Origin: an uncultured Actinomycetes bacterium
Lineage (GTDB): Bacteria > Actinomycetota > UBA4738 > HRBIN12
NCBI GenBank assembly: GCA_963796725.1
Contig: CAWCMT010000001.1
Coordinates: 161,405 to 225,404, forward strand
DNA length: 64,000 nt
Direction of reading: 5' to 3'
Program-made: the position numbers and the translations under genes
Notes under the pieces: model-generated
Told to the model about the DNA's origin: nothing
What the model saw: only the letters and a program-made list of their open reading frames with translations
The model's database searches: none
Shown here: piece by piece, positions 10,633-20,557 of the stretch
How positions within the stretch are numbered: position 1 is the first letter of the stretch
How the letters are laid out: every line of letters begins with the position of its first letter

Positions 10633-12618
10633 GAACGTGCTCCTCTCGTTCGCTTGGGACGGGTGGCGGTGCGTGGCGCCGGCAGGTCGACGGCCCGAGC
10701 CAGGCGGGGCGTCGGCTCCGTGCTGTGGGGGATCCCCATCGCGCCCACGAAGTGCTCCTGGAACCGGGGTTCGATCGCGGTCTCGATCTTCTCGACCCGG
10801 CGCACGACCTCCTCGATCTCGACACGCGCGGCACGGTTCAACAGGGCGATCCGGGCCCCCGTGCCTGCCGCGTTGCCCGCGCTCGTGACGTTCTCAGGGT
10901 CGCAGTCGGGCACCAGACCCAGGACCAGGGCGTGGACCGGATCGATGTGGGCGCCGAACGCACCCGCCAGGCGGATCCGATCGACAGCCTCGATCCCGAA
11001 CCGATCCATCAACAGGCGGCAGCCCGCCCACAGCGCGGCCTTCGCGAGCTGGATCGCGCGGATATCCATCTGGGTGATGACCAGTCGGGGCGCGCCGTCG
11101 TGCAGGACGTAGGAGAACGTACGGCCCTCCGCCACGATCCTCGGCGAGCGCCCGGTCAACCCCCCGTCGATCACACCGTCGGTGCTGATGATCCCGGCCA
11201 GCAGCATCTCCGCGACGACCTCGATGATGCCCGAACCGCAGATCCCCGAGACGGCGGCCATGTCGAACCCGGGCTCGTCGGACCATCGCTCGCCGCCGAT
11301 CACCTTGAAGCGCGGCTCCAGGGTCTCGGGATCGATGCGCACCCGCTCGATCGCCCCCGGGGCGGCCCGTTGGCCACCCGAGATCTGCGCGCCCTCGAAC
11401 GCGGGGCCGGTGGGGCTGGACGCGGCGAGCAGCCGGTCCCGGTTGCCCAGCACGATCTCGGCGTTCGTCCCCACGTCGACGAGGAGGTTCACGGTGTCCT
11501 GCTCGTAGGGAGCCTCGGAGAGGATCACGCCCGCGGTGTCGGCGCCGACGTGCCCCGCGATGCACGGCAGCACGTAGACGCGTGCACCCGGGTTCGGCGC
11601 GTGGAGGTCCAACGCGGAGGCGGGGCGGCGCACGGCCTCATCGGTGGTCAACGCGAACGGGGCGCCGCCTAACTCGGTCGGATCCAGGCCGAGCAGCAGG
11701 TGATGCATGATCGGGTTGCCGACTGCCGTGAGCTCCAGCACGTCGCCGGGATCGGCGTCCGCCGCGGCGCAGAGCTCGGCGATCGAGGTCGTCGAGGCAT
11801 GCTCTGATCACGCGGGTGAGCTCGGTCTCGGCGCCGGGGTTCATCATGATGTAGCTCACGCGGCTCATGAGGTCCTCGCCGAAGCGGATCTGTGGGTTCA
11901 TCGCGCCCGCGGACGCAAGTACCTCGCCGGTGTGGAGGTCGCACAGGTGCCCCGCCACCGTCGTCGAGCCCACGTCGAACGCCACACCCAGGGCACGATC
12001 GTGGAAGCCCGGCCAGATCGCGATGATCTGGGCGCCGTCGTGCACCGCGACCGTGGTGGTCCAGTCGCCGGCCCGGAGCGTCCGCTGGAGCGACGCGAGC
12101 ACGGCGGCGTCGCACCCCAGCCCGGATAGCGACCAGTCGCGCTCGAGCGCCTCCGCGAGTCGCTGAAGATCCCCACTGGGATCCGCCATGTCGGGCTCGC
12201 GTACCTCCACGTAGTGAAGGCGCACGACCGGATCCACCTCGATCGGGTGCGCGTCAGCCTCCTTCCGCACGACCTGCCGGTGGATCTGGCTCTCGGGCGG
12301 CACGTCGACCACGAGGTCGTCCACGATCCGAGCGTGGCACCCCAGGCGCCGGTCCTCGGCGAGTCCGCTCCGATCCCGGAACTGCCGCTCGGGAGCGCTG
12401 AAGGGGGTGAGGTGATCCACCGCCGACGTGATGCCGTGCTTCGCGAACGCGCCTTCGCTCACGACGACCTGGCATCGCCCACAGATGCCGCGTCCACCAC
12501 AGACCGAATCCAGGTCGACGGCCAACTCGCGCGCGGCCGCCAGCAGGTCCGTGCCCGGCGCGAACCGGCCGCGCTTGCCCGACGGCGTGAAGACGACGAG
12601 CGCGCCCTCGTCGGTCAC
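10629..12618 (-). pseudogene. RamA/RACo-type corrinoid reductive activase (N-terminal 2Fe-2S ferredoxin plus ASKHA ATPase domain). It has one frameshift near 11790.
   Basis: The N-terminal ORF (11638..12618) carries CGGRGICGRCQV. The C-terminal ORF (10629..11741) starts LELTAVGNPIMHHLLLGLDP. Translating across the junction gives ..TRVIRA?LDDLIAELCAAADADPGDVLELTAVGNPIMHH... after a single frame change. Confidence 0.8.
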
Positions 12619-13541
12619 GACGGCGGCGCGCCCTCGGACGGTCGGCGGCGGCGACCCTCACGCCCGCCGCGGCGCCCGGACGTGGGGCCGCCCGTGGGGT
12701 CCTCGCGATAGCGGCCGATCCACGAGGCGCAGTGCTCGTCCGTGCCCATCAGGACGTCGGCGGCCATGACGGCCTGACGGACCTCCTCGTGCAGCGGGCT
12801 CGTGATCGCGCTCGTCAGGCCGTTCGCGATCGCCATGGTCAGGAACGCCCCGTTGATGCCGTTGCGGTTCGGCAGCCCGAACGAGATGTTCGACGCGCCG
12901 CACGTCGTGTTGACCCCGAGCTCCTCATGGAGGCGGCGCACGAGCGCGAACACCTGCCGGCCCGCGCCGCCCATGGCGCCGATCGGCATCACCAGCGGGT
13001 CCACGACGATGTCGTGCGCGGGGATGCCGTGGTCGGCCGCCGCGTGAACGATCTTCTCCGCGACGGCGAACCGCACGTCGGGGTCCTCGCTGATGCCGGT
13101 CTCGTCGTTCGTGATGGCGACCACCGCCGCGCCGTGTTTCGCCACCAGCGGCAGGACCTGCTCGATGCGCTCATCCTCCCCGGTGACGGAGTTCACGAGC
13201 GCCTTGCCCTGATATGCGGCGAGCCCGGCCTCCAAGGCCGCCACGATCGAGGAGTCGATCGACAGCGGCACGTCGGTGAGCGACTGCACCAGCTCGATGG
13301 TCTGAGCGAGGATCGCGGGCTCGTCGGCCAGCGGGATGCCGGCGTTGACGTCGAGCATGTGCGCGCCCGCCGCCACCTGCGCGTGCGTGTCGGCGACCAC
13401 CGTGGAGAAGTCGCCCGCCACCATCTCGGCGGCGAGTCGCTTGCGGCCGGTCGGGTTGATGCGTTCTCCGATGACGACGAACGGCCGTCCGCTGCCGATC
13501 ACGACCTCACGGGTCGCGCTGGAGACGACCGTGTCGGTCAC
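12615..13541 (-). CDS. Pterin-binding methyltetrahydrofolate:corrinoid methyltransferase (MtgA/MtrH/AcsE-like).
   Basis: The 308 aa product has a pterin-binding TIM barrel pattern (VIGERINPTG...GAHMLDVNAG...NSVTGEDER...GASNISFGLPNR). It forms an ATGA overlap with the ramA start. Confidence 0.75.
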   Translation of the reverse strand: MTDTVVSSATREVVIGSGRPFVVIGERINPTGRKRLAAEMVAGDFSTVVADTHAQVAAGAHMLDVNAGIPLADEPAILAQTIELVQSLTDVPLSIDSSIVAALEAGLAAYQGKALVNSVTGEDERIEQVLPLVAKHGAAVVAITNDETGISEDPDVRFAVAEKIVHAAADHGIPAHDIVVDPLVMPIGAMGGAGRQVFALVRRLHEELGVNTTCGASNISFGLPNRNGINGAFLTMAIANGLTSAITSPLHEEVRQAVMAADVLMGTDEHCASWIGRYREDPTGGPTSGRRGGREGRRRRPSEGAPPS

Positions 13542-13895
13542 TCAGTCCTCCTCGGATGAGGGCCGCACGGCATCGGTGTCGCCGGCGACGTCCGCCCCGC
13601 CTCTGATGCCACCGGAGCGGATCGCGGCGCGCAGGACGTCCTCGGTCCACTCGGCCTCCAGGGTCGCGGCCATGTCCGCCACCTCGGCGTCGAGGTCGTC
13701 GCCGCACGGACGGCGGTCCATCTGCATCTGCTCGGTGTAGTCGTCGGAGCCGATCAGCCCTGCGACCATCGCTGCGGCGTCGACCGCCTCCTGGAAACGC
13801 TCCGGGAGCAAGGCGCGCGCGCTCGCGCCGCCCTCGCCCCGGGCCACCAGCTGCATCGGGATGTCGCGCCACCGGATCACGGTCAACTCAGCCAT
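13542..13895 (-). CDS. Small acidic protein of unknown function with RWRD and GLIGS motifs. It may belong to the family Pfam labels 'virulence factor' (recalled from memory).
   Basis: The 117 aa ORF starts MAELTVIRWRDIPMQ and has an AAGGGA ribosome-binding site. It is tightly sandwiched between the corrinoid protein gene and the methyl-THF methyltransferase gene. Confidence 0.5.
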   Translation of the reverse strand: MAELTVIRWRDIPMQLVARGEGGASARALLPERFQEAVDAAAMVAGLIGSDDYTEQMQMDRRPCGDDLDAEVADMAATLEAEWTEDVLRAAIRSGGIRGGADVAGDTDAVRPSSEED

Positions 13896-13922
13896 ATCGT
13901 CCCTTCATCGGTCGGCTCGGCT

Positions 13923-14615
13923 TCACGAGGCCATCGCGCGCTTCGCGAGCACCAACGCCTGTGCGGTCTCGGCGGCCACGGCGGCGTCGCGGCAGTAGGC
14001 GTCGGCGCCCACCGCCTTGCCGAACTCCTCGTTCAGCGGGGCACCCCCCACCAGCACGATGTACTTGTCGCGCAGGCCCTTCGCCTCGAGCTCGTCGATC
14101 ACGACCTTCATGTAGGGCATGGTCGTCGTGAGCAGCGCGCTCATCCCCAGGATGTCCGGGTCGTGCTCCTCGAGGGCCGCCAGATAGTTCTCCACGGGAT
14201 TGTTGATGCCGAGGTCGATCACGTCGAAGCCGGCACCCTCGAGCATCATCGCTACGAGGTTCTTGCCGATGTCGTGGATGTCGCCCTTCACGGTGCCGAT
14301 CACGACGGTACCCATGCGCTCGGCACCGGTCTCCGCGAGGAGCGGACGGAGGATCGCCATCCCCGCCTTCATCGCGTTGGCGGCCAGGAGCACCTCCGGT
14401 ACGAACAGGATCCCGTCACGGAAGTCGATACCCACGATCCGCATGCCCTCTACCAGCGCCTCGTTCAGCACCCTGTCGGCGGCCCAGCCACGCCCCAGCA
14501 GGAGGTTCGTCCCCTCCACGATCTCCTCGGCGAGGCCGTCGTAGAGGTCGTCGTGCATCTGGGCGACGAGGTCGTCGTCACCGAGGGCCGACAGGTCGAT
14601 CTGCTCGTCGCTCAT
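13923..14615 (-). CDS. Cobalamin-binding corrinoid protein (MtgC/MtbC-like).
   Basis: The 230 aa product has a B12-binding motif (GTVKGDIHDIGKNLV, DxHxxG) and an N-terminal helical cap domain. Confidence 0.85.
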   Translation of the reverse strand: MSDEQIDLSALGDDDLVAQMHDDLYDGLAEEIVEGTNLLLGRGWAADRVLNEALVEGMRIVGIDFRDGILFVPEVLLAANAMKAGMAILRPLLAETGAERMGTVVIGTVKGDIHDIGKNLVAMMLEGAGFDVIDLGINNPVENYLAALEEHDPDILGMSALLTTTMPYMKVVIDELEAKGLRDKYIVLVGGAPLNEEFGKAVGADAYCRDAAVAAETAQALVLAKRAMAS

Positions 14616-17131
14616 GGTCGTTCCGTTCTCCTCGTCGCTCGTTGCCTCATGCCTTCAGGCGTTCGCCTTCGGGGTCCCACAGAGGGTCGGCGCTCACCGT
14701 CGCGGCGTGAGCGCACCCCGAAGTACTCGACCTCCACCGGCGTCCCCGCCGCGGCCAGCGCGGTCGGGAGGTAGCCGTAGACGATGCCCCGCCCGACCGA
14801 GTAGCCGTACGCCGCCGAGGTCACGTAGCTCACGACCTGGCCTTCATGCCAGATCGGCTCCTTGCCCATCGCCACGACCCGCGGATCGTCGAACGTCATG
14901 CAGGCCAGCCGGTGCGTCGGGCCGCCCTCGGCGCGGATCGCCTCCAGCGCCGCCTTGCCCTGGAACTCCTTATCCCAGCGCACCGCGAAGCCCAGCCCCG
15001 CCTCCAGCGGATCGTGCTCCGTGTGGATGTCCTGCCCCCAGAGCCGGTACCCCTTCTCCAGCCGCAGCGAGTCGAAGGCACCGCCGCCCGCCGCGATCAG
15101 TCCGTGGTCGCGACCCGCCTCCCACAAGAGATCCCAGACCCGATCCCCCATCGCCAACTGGCCGTAGAGCTCCCAGCCCAACTCGCCCGCGTAGGAGATC
15201 CGCTGCGCCCAGACCGGGTTGACCTCGCCGACGTTGAGGTAGCGCGCCGTGAGGTAGGGGAAGGCGTCGTTCGACACATCGGCGTCGGTGACCTGCTCCA
15301 GGATCGCGCGCGCGTTCGGTCCCCATAGGCCCACCGCGAACAGCGACCCGGTGCGCTCGGTGATCGTGATGTCCTCACCCGCGTGGATCTGCCGTCGGAG
15401 CCACGCAAGGTCGTGCTGGCCGCTGCCACCCCCCGTCACCACCCGGAAGAGCGCTTCGTCCTTGCGGATGACCGTGAGGTCCAGACGGATGCCGCCGCGC
15501 TCGGTGAGCGCCGCGGTGTAGACGATCGAACCCACCGGTCGGTCGATCCGATTCGCGAAGACCCGCTCGAGGAAGGAGAGCGCGTCGATCCCCGTCACGT
15601 CGAACTTCGCGAACGGCGTGATGTCGAAGAGCGCCGCGTGAGAGCGCGTCGTCAGATGCTCCGCGCCGACCTCGGGCGACCACCCCTCGGCAGCCCAGCC
15701 GCTCCGCCGGGCCCATTCGTGTGCGACGCCTCCGACCAGATCGCGGTTCGCCCGGAACCACTGCGGCCGCTCCCAGCCTGCGCCCGTGAAGAACTCCGCG
15801 CCGAGAGCCCGGTGCCGGGCGAAGAACGGCGTGAGCCGGAGGTTCCGCGGCTTCGAGGGCTGCTGGAGGGGGTGGATGATGTCGTAGACCTCTCGGTACT
15901 GCTGCTTTCCGCGCTCGATCACGTACGGCGCCGACGTCTGGAACGGGTAGAAGCGGTTGGCGTCGGCCTCGGCGAGGTCGTAGCTGGGCTCGCCCGTCTC
16001 CATCCACTCGACGACCTGGCGCGCCATACCCGCCCCGTGGGTGACCCAGACCGCCTCGCATACCCAGACGCCGCGCGCGGTTGCGCTCTCCCCCACCACG
16101 GATCCGCCGTCGGGCGTGAACGAGAACATCCCGTTCAGCGAACGTGCGGGGTCGGCGGGACGCATCTTCCCCGCGAGCACCGGGAACAGGCGTGCGGTCT
16201 CCGACTCACACAGATCGAAGTCGCGGGGGGTCCACGGCATCAACGAGGGCATGGGGCCGTCTCCGTGGCGCCGGATCGCCCCTTGGGGCGTCACGATCGG
16301 CTCGTGTCGGTAGTTGCCGACGCCGAAGTGATCCTCGCGCTGGCGGAAGTAGAGAGACATGTCCTGGTGGCGCACCACCGGCTGGTACATCCATCGATCG
16401 TGGGCCGAAGCCGCGACGTCGAGCTCCGGGATCGGGTCGGTCCAGACGAGCTGGTGCTGCACCGCCACCAGTGGGATCGGCACCCGTGCCAGCGCCCCTA
16501 CCCTCGGCCCCCATATCCCGGCGCAGATCAGGACCCGCTCGCAGTCGACGGTCCCTTGGTCCGTGTGCACCCCGTGCACGCGCCCCCCGTGGATGTCGAA
16601 CCCGGTGACCGTGACGCCACCCTCGAACGCCACGCCGCGCTCCTGAGCCGCCAGGGCGAGCGCGGTCACGAGTTGCACCGTCTTGGCGGCTCCGTCGGTG
16701 GGGACCCAGTAGGCACCGAGGATCGTGGAGGGATCCAGGAGCGGGCTCCGTTCCGCGGCCTCGGCGGGCGAGATGAGTTCGGTCCCCTCGATCCCGTAGG
16801 AACGTGCGAACCCCTGCCGTCGCTTCAGCTCCTCCATCCGCTCGGGCGTGGTGGCGACCTCCATGCCGCCGGTGCCGTACCAGCAGCGCTCCCCGTCGAG
16901 TTCGACGGAGTCGTAGAGCGCCACGGAGTCCTGCGCGATGCGGCACATGGTCCGCGAGCCGTTCGTCTGGAAGATGATGCCGGGGGCGTGCGAGGTGGAT
17001 CCGCCCGTCGCGAAGAGCGGTCCCTGGTCCACGACGAGCACATCGGTGACGCCCAACTCCGAGAGGTGGTAGGCGGCAGAGACACCGACGATCCCGGCGC
17101 CGATGATCACCGTCTGGGCACGTTCTCGCAT
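14612..17131 (-). CDS. Dimethylglycine dehydrogenase/oxidase family (FAD oxidoreductase plus GcvT folate domain). The last ~20 codons appear frameshifted: the native C-terminus is likely ..ATVSADPLWDPEGERLKA* with a stop at 14647.
   Basis: It begins MRERAQTVIIGAGIVGVSAAYHL and carries the DMGO/DMGDH signature HFGVGNYRHEP. The C-terminal GcvT_C tail is recovered in the +1 frame. Confidence 0.8.
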   Translation of the reverse strand: MRERAQTVIIGAGIVGVSAAYHLSELGVTDVLVVDQGPLFATGGSTSHAPGIIFQTNGSRTMCRIAQDSVALYDSVELDGERCWYGTGGMEVATTPERMEELKRRQGFARSYGIEGTELISPAEAAERSPLLDPSTILGAYWVPTDGAAKTVQLVTALALAAQERGVAFEGGVTVTGFDIHGGRVHGVHTDQGTVDCERVLICAGIWGPRVGALARVPIPLVAVQHQLVWTDPIPELDVAASAHDRWMYQPVVRHQDMSLYFRQREDHFGVGNYRHEPIVTPQGAIRRHGDGPMPSLMPWTPRDFDLCESETARLFPVLAGKMRPADPARSLNGMFSFTPDGGSVVGESATARGVWVCEAVWVTHGAGMARQVVEWMETGEPSYDLAEADANRFYPFQTSAPYVIERGKQQYREVYDIIHPLQQPSKPRNLRLTPFFARHRALGAEFFTGAGWERPQWFRANRDLVGGVAHEWARRSGWAAEGWSPEVGAEHLTTRSHAALFDITPFAKFDVTGIDALSFLERVFANRIDRPVGSIVYTAALTERGGIRLDLTVIRKDEALFRVVTGGGSGQHDLAWLRRQIHAGEDITITERTGSLFAVGLWGPNARAILEQVTDADVSNDAFPYLTARYLNVGEVNPVWAQRISYAGELGWELYGQLAMGDRVWDLLWEAGRDHGLIAAGGGAFDSLRLEKGYRLWGQDIHTEHDPLEAGLGFAVRWDKEFQGKAALEAIRAEGGPTHRLACMTFDDPRVVAMGKEPIWHEGQVVSYVTSAAYGYSVGRGIVYGYLPTALAAAGTPVEVEYFGVRSRRDGERRPSVGPRRRTPEGMRQRATRRTERP

Positions 17132-17174
17132 CTCTCTCCTTCCCGCTGATGCCGCTGCATGTTCTCACTGCCCG

Positions 17175-17216
17175 TTGCGGCCGCAAGGCCTGAGTTGCGG
17201 GGACTGCAACCCCGTT
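17175..17216. promoter_or_regulatory. Perfect 12-bp palindrome TTGCGGCCGCAA followed by a GTTGCGGGG...CAACCCCG element in the 5' leader of the DMG-dehydrogenase/corrinoid operon. I propose it as a candidate operator.
   Basis: The palindromes were read directly from the sequence. The site is 45-85 nt upstream of the 17131 start codon on the minus strand. Confidence 0.35.
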
Positions 17217-17254
17217 CGGGAGCGGACATCGACGCCTCCCGATACGTCCGCCCG

Positions 17255-17989
17255 CTACGGTGTGCGGCGGCCGATCACGGTATGGAGGCCTTCGGGGAGC
17301 TCCTCCGTCCCGAACGACGTGCCGAGACGCGCTTCCACGCCGTGGGCGGCGAGCAGCCGGGGCACGATGCTCGTGTCGATCAGCACGTTCTCGTGCCGTT
17401 CGTCGTCGCGGCGCCAGGACCCGTCGTCGTTCCTCGTGAAGATGGCCATCTGCCGCACGAACCGATCGGGCGCGGGGGTCGAGCGCTCGTTGATGATGGC
17501 CCAGTCGTCCTCGACCCACGCCCCGGTGGATGCGCCGGATCTGGCCTCGGCGTAGGACAGGTCACAGACGTCGATCGCGAGCAACCCGCCGGGCCGGAGC
17601 GCCTCCGCCATCGCGACCAACGCACGATCGATGGCGCCGGTGTCCGGGAGGTAGTTGAGCGCGTGCCCGACGGACACGATCGCGTCGGCCTCGGGGATCG
17701 GATCGTCCGGCAGGGTCAGCCGCCGGATCTCCTTGGCGCCGGTTGCGTGTTCGCGGGCGAGGTCGAGCATGGCTGGAGACGCGTCGGTCGCGATCACGCG
17801 ATGCCCGGCGTCGACGAGGTACTTCGTGAGCAGCCCGCTGCCGCACCCGAGCTCCACGACGAGCCCGCTGCGCTCGAGGACGGGCTCGAGCAACGCGAGG
17901 ACGCCCGGCGCACAATCCTCGGCGTGGAACGCGAAGCCGAGGTGGTGGATGAGCGCGAGATCCGCACGGTAGTAGGGAGTTTCGGCCAT
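17255..17989 (-). CDS. Class I SAM-dependent methyltransferase; substrate unknown.
   Basis: It has a Rossmann SAM motif (VVELGCGSGLLTKYL...DASPAML) and probably starts at MAETPYY. Confidence 0.6.
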   Translation of the reverse strand: MAETPYYRADLALIHHLGFAFHAEDCAPGVLALLEPVLERSGLVVELGCGSGLLTKYLVDAGHRVIATDASPAMLDLAREHATGAKEIRRLTLPDDPIPEADAIVSVGHALNYLPDTGAIDRALVAMAEALRPGGLLAIDVCDLSYAEARSGASTGAWVEDDWAIINERSTPAPDRFVRQMAIFTRNDDGSWRRDDERHENVLIDTSIVPRLLAAHGVEARLGTSFGTEELPEGLHTVIGRRTP

Positions 17990-18123
17990 GGCGCGACATC
18001 CTCGCACGGCCACGCAACGCTCGCTCGAGCGCTCGGAACCTGACGCGACCGCTGGTCATCCCCGCTCGTCCTGCCGTGGATAGACTCCGGGCCTCGGATC
18101 CCCGGCTCGGAGGCGGTGCTCGC

Positions 18124-20548
18124 ATGAAGGATCGGTACCAGGTCGTCGTGATCGGCGGCGGCATCGTCGGGTGCAGTGTGCTGTACCACCTGACGCTGCG
18201 CGGACTCACCGACGCCGCACTCATCGAGCGTGAGGAGCTCACCGCCGGATCCACCTGGCACGCCGCCGGCGGGTTCCACGCGATGAACTCGGACACCCGG
18301 ATCGCGGCGCTGCAGAAGTACACGATCGGGCTGTATCCCCAGGTCGAGGAGGAGTCCGGTCAGAGCGCGGGCCTGCACATGTCCGGAGGTATGGAGCTCG
18401 CCGAGACGCCCGAGCGCTGGCACTGGCTACGGTCCGAGCTCCAGTGGCTCCGCACCCAGGACACCGACGCCCACCTCCTCACGCCGGGGGAGGCCGTCGA
18501 CCTGGTGCCCATCATGGACCCCACCGGCCTCTACGGGGCGCTCTTCGACCCGCTGGAGGGCAACCTGGATCCGAACGGTGCGACGCAGGCCTACGCGGGA
18601 GCTGCCCGCAAGCGCGGTGCCGAGGTGATCCAGCACGACCGAGTCGTGTCGCTGACGCGCCTGTCGAGCGGAGAGTGGCGCGTCGAGACCGAACGGGGCG
18701 ACGTCATCGCCGAGCACGTGGTCAACGCGGCCGGTCTGTGGGCCCGGCGGGTGGGCCGGATGGTGGGCGTCGATCACCCGCTCGTGCCGATGCCCCACCA
18801 CTACCTCGTGACCGACGAGATCCCGCAGATCGCGGCGATCGAGGGCGACATGCCCGCCGTCACCGATCTCGAGGGCTTCACCTACCTCCAGAAGGAGGGC
18901 CGCGGCATCCTGTTGGGCGTCTACGAACAGCATCCGCGCCACTGGATGGTCGAGGGGGCGGACTGGGACTTCGGCCGGACCCTGTTCCCCGAGGAGCTCG
19001 ACCGGATCATGCCCGAGCTCTCGATCGGTTTCCGGCGGTTCCCCGTGCTGGAGGGAACCGGCATCCGCCGTTGGGTCAACGGAGCCTTCACGTTCACCCC
19101 TGATGGCAACCCCCTCGTGGGGCCCGTCGACGGGATCCCCAACTACTGGGCGGCCTGCGGCGTCATGGCGGGCTTCTCGCAGTGCGCCGGCATCGGCCTC
19201 GCGCTCGCGAACTGGATCGTGGACGGCGACCCCGGCTACGACGTGTTCGGGATGGATGTCGCCCGGTTCGGTCCCTACGCCTCGAACGATCGTTACCTGC
19301 GCGACATGACCGCGCAGTTCTACGCACGCCGGTTCGTCATGGCCTATCCGAACGAGGAACTGCCGGCCGGGCGACCGCTCAAGACCACCCCTTGCTACGA
19401 CCAGCTCCTCGCCGCCGGCGCCCGGTTCACGGTGAACTGGGGCCTGGAGGTGCCGCTCTACTTCGCGCCGACGGCCGACTTCGAGGAGAACGACACCCTC
19501 GGCCGTTCGAACGCCGAACCGATCGTGGGCGAGGAGGTCGAGGCGGTTCGCACCACCGCCGGCGCGTACGAGATCGCGCAGTACGCGCGGTACGAGGTGG
19601 CCGGCCCCGGCGCCGAGGCGTGGCTCGACCACCTGCTCGCCGGGCGCATCCCCGCCACAGGAGCGATCCGGCTGTCACCCATGCTCAACGAGAACGGACG
19701 CCTGGTGGGCGACCTCTCGGTCTCGCGACTCGACGAGGAGCGGTTCTGGCTCACCGGCTCGTACTACCTCCAGGACTGGCACCTAGCGGTGGTTGCGCGC
19801 GCAACTACCTCCGAGCGGCGTGGTCCTCACCAACGTCACCGACGACTGGATGGGGTTCTCGGTCTCCGGCCCTGCATCCCGCGCGATACTGGCCGACCTC
19901 GCCCACGAGGACGTCTCGAACGACGCGTTCGGGTTCCTCCGGATCCGTCGGATGGACGTGGGCAGCGCTCAGGCGGTGGTAGGCCGCATCTCGCTCACCG
20001 GCGAGCTCGGCTACGAGATCGTGGTGCCGTCGACGCGGCACCGTACCTTGCTGAAGGAGCTCCGCGAGGCGGGCGCGGCGCACGGCCTCCGTCTCATCGG
20101 CGACCGCGCGATCGACAGCCTCCGTCTGGAGAAGGGCTACGGGATCTGGTCCGCGGAGTTCCGCCAGGACTACACGCCGGCGATGTCGGGCCTCGACCGA
20201 TTCGTGGCGTTCGACAAGGGCGACTTCATCGGGGTGGACGCCGTGCGCAAGGCGCGCGAGGAGGGCCCGGCCCAGCGCCTCGTGCTGCTGGAGGTCGACG
20301 CTACCGATGCCGACGCCTCTGCCGACGAGGGCATCTGGATCGACGACCTGCGTGTTGGATCCGTGACCTCCGGCGCCTACGGTCACCACGTCGGCAAGAG
20401 CCTCGCGCTCGCCTACATCGATCGCGAGGTCGTCGGATCGGCAGCCGAGGTCACCGTGTTCGTGGTGGGCGAGCCCCGCGCCGCACGGATCCTCCCCGAG
20501 GTCCCCTACGACCCGATGGGCAACCGGCTCCGCGACCGCGTGGCGTGA
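18124..20548 (+). pseudogene. Second DMG/sarcosine dehydrogenase-family paralog (FAD plus GcvT domain), with one frameshift near 19795.
   Basis: It begins MKDRYQVVVIGGGIVGCSVLYHL and runs ...ERFWLTGSYYLQDWHL. The GcvT domain continues in another frame (19793..20548: ...GFSVSGPASRAIL...PYDPMGNRLRDRVA*). Confidence 0.75.
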
Positions 20549-20557
20549 GGCATCGAC

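Noticed and set aside
8233-11112. Very long plus-strand ORF (959 aa) and similar giants (15383..17149 +, 18076..21738 + tail beyond 20548, 40023..41222 +, 44040..46457 +, 55713..57239 +).
   Set aside because: They lie antisense to, or run on from, well-supported genes. Their translations are Arg/Pro/Gly-rich with low complexity and no recognisable domains, which is typical of stop-codon-poor antisense frames in 70% GC DNA.
17255-17989. The SAM methyltransferase could be a glycine/sarcosine N-methyltransferase making betaine.
   Set aside because: Without alignment tools I cannot see the GSMT/SDMT-specific motifs. It is kept as a generic class I methyltransferase.
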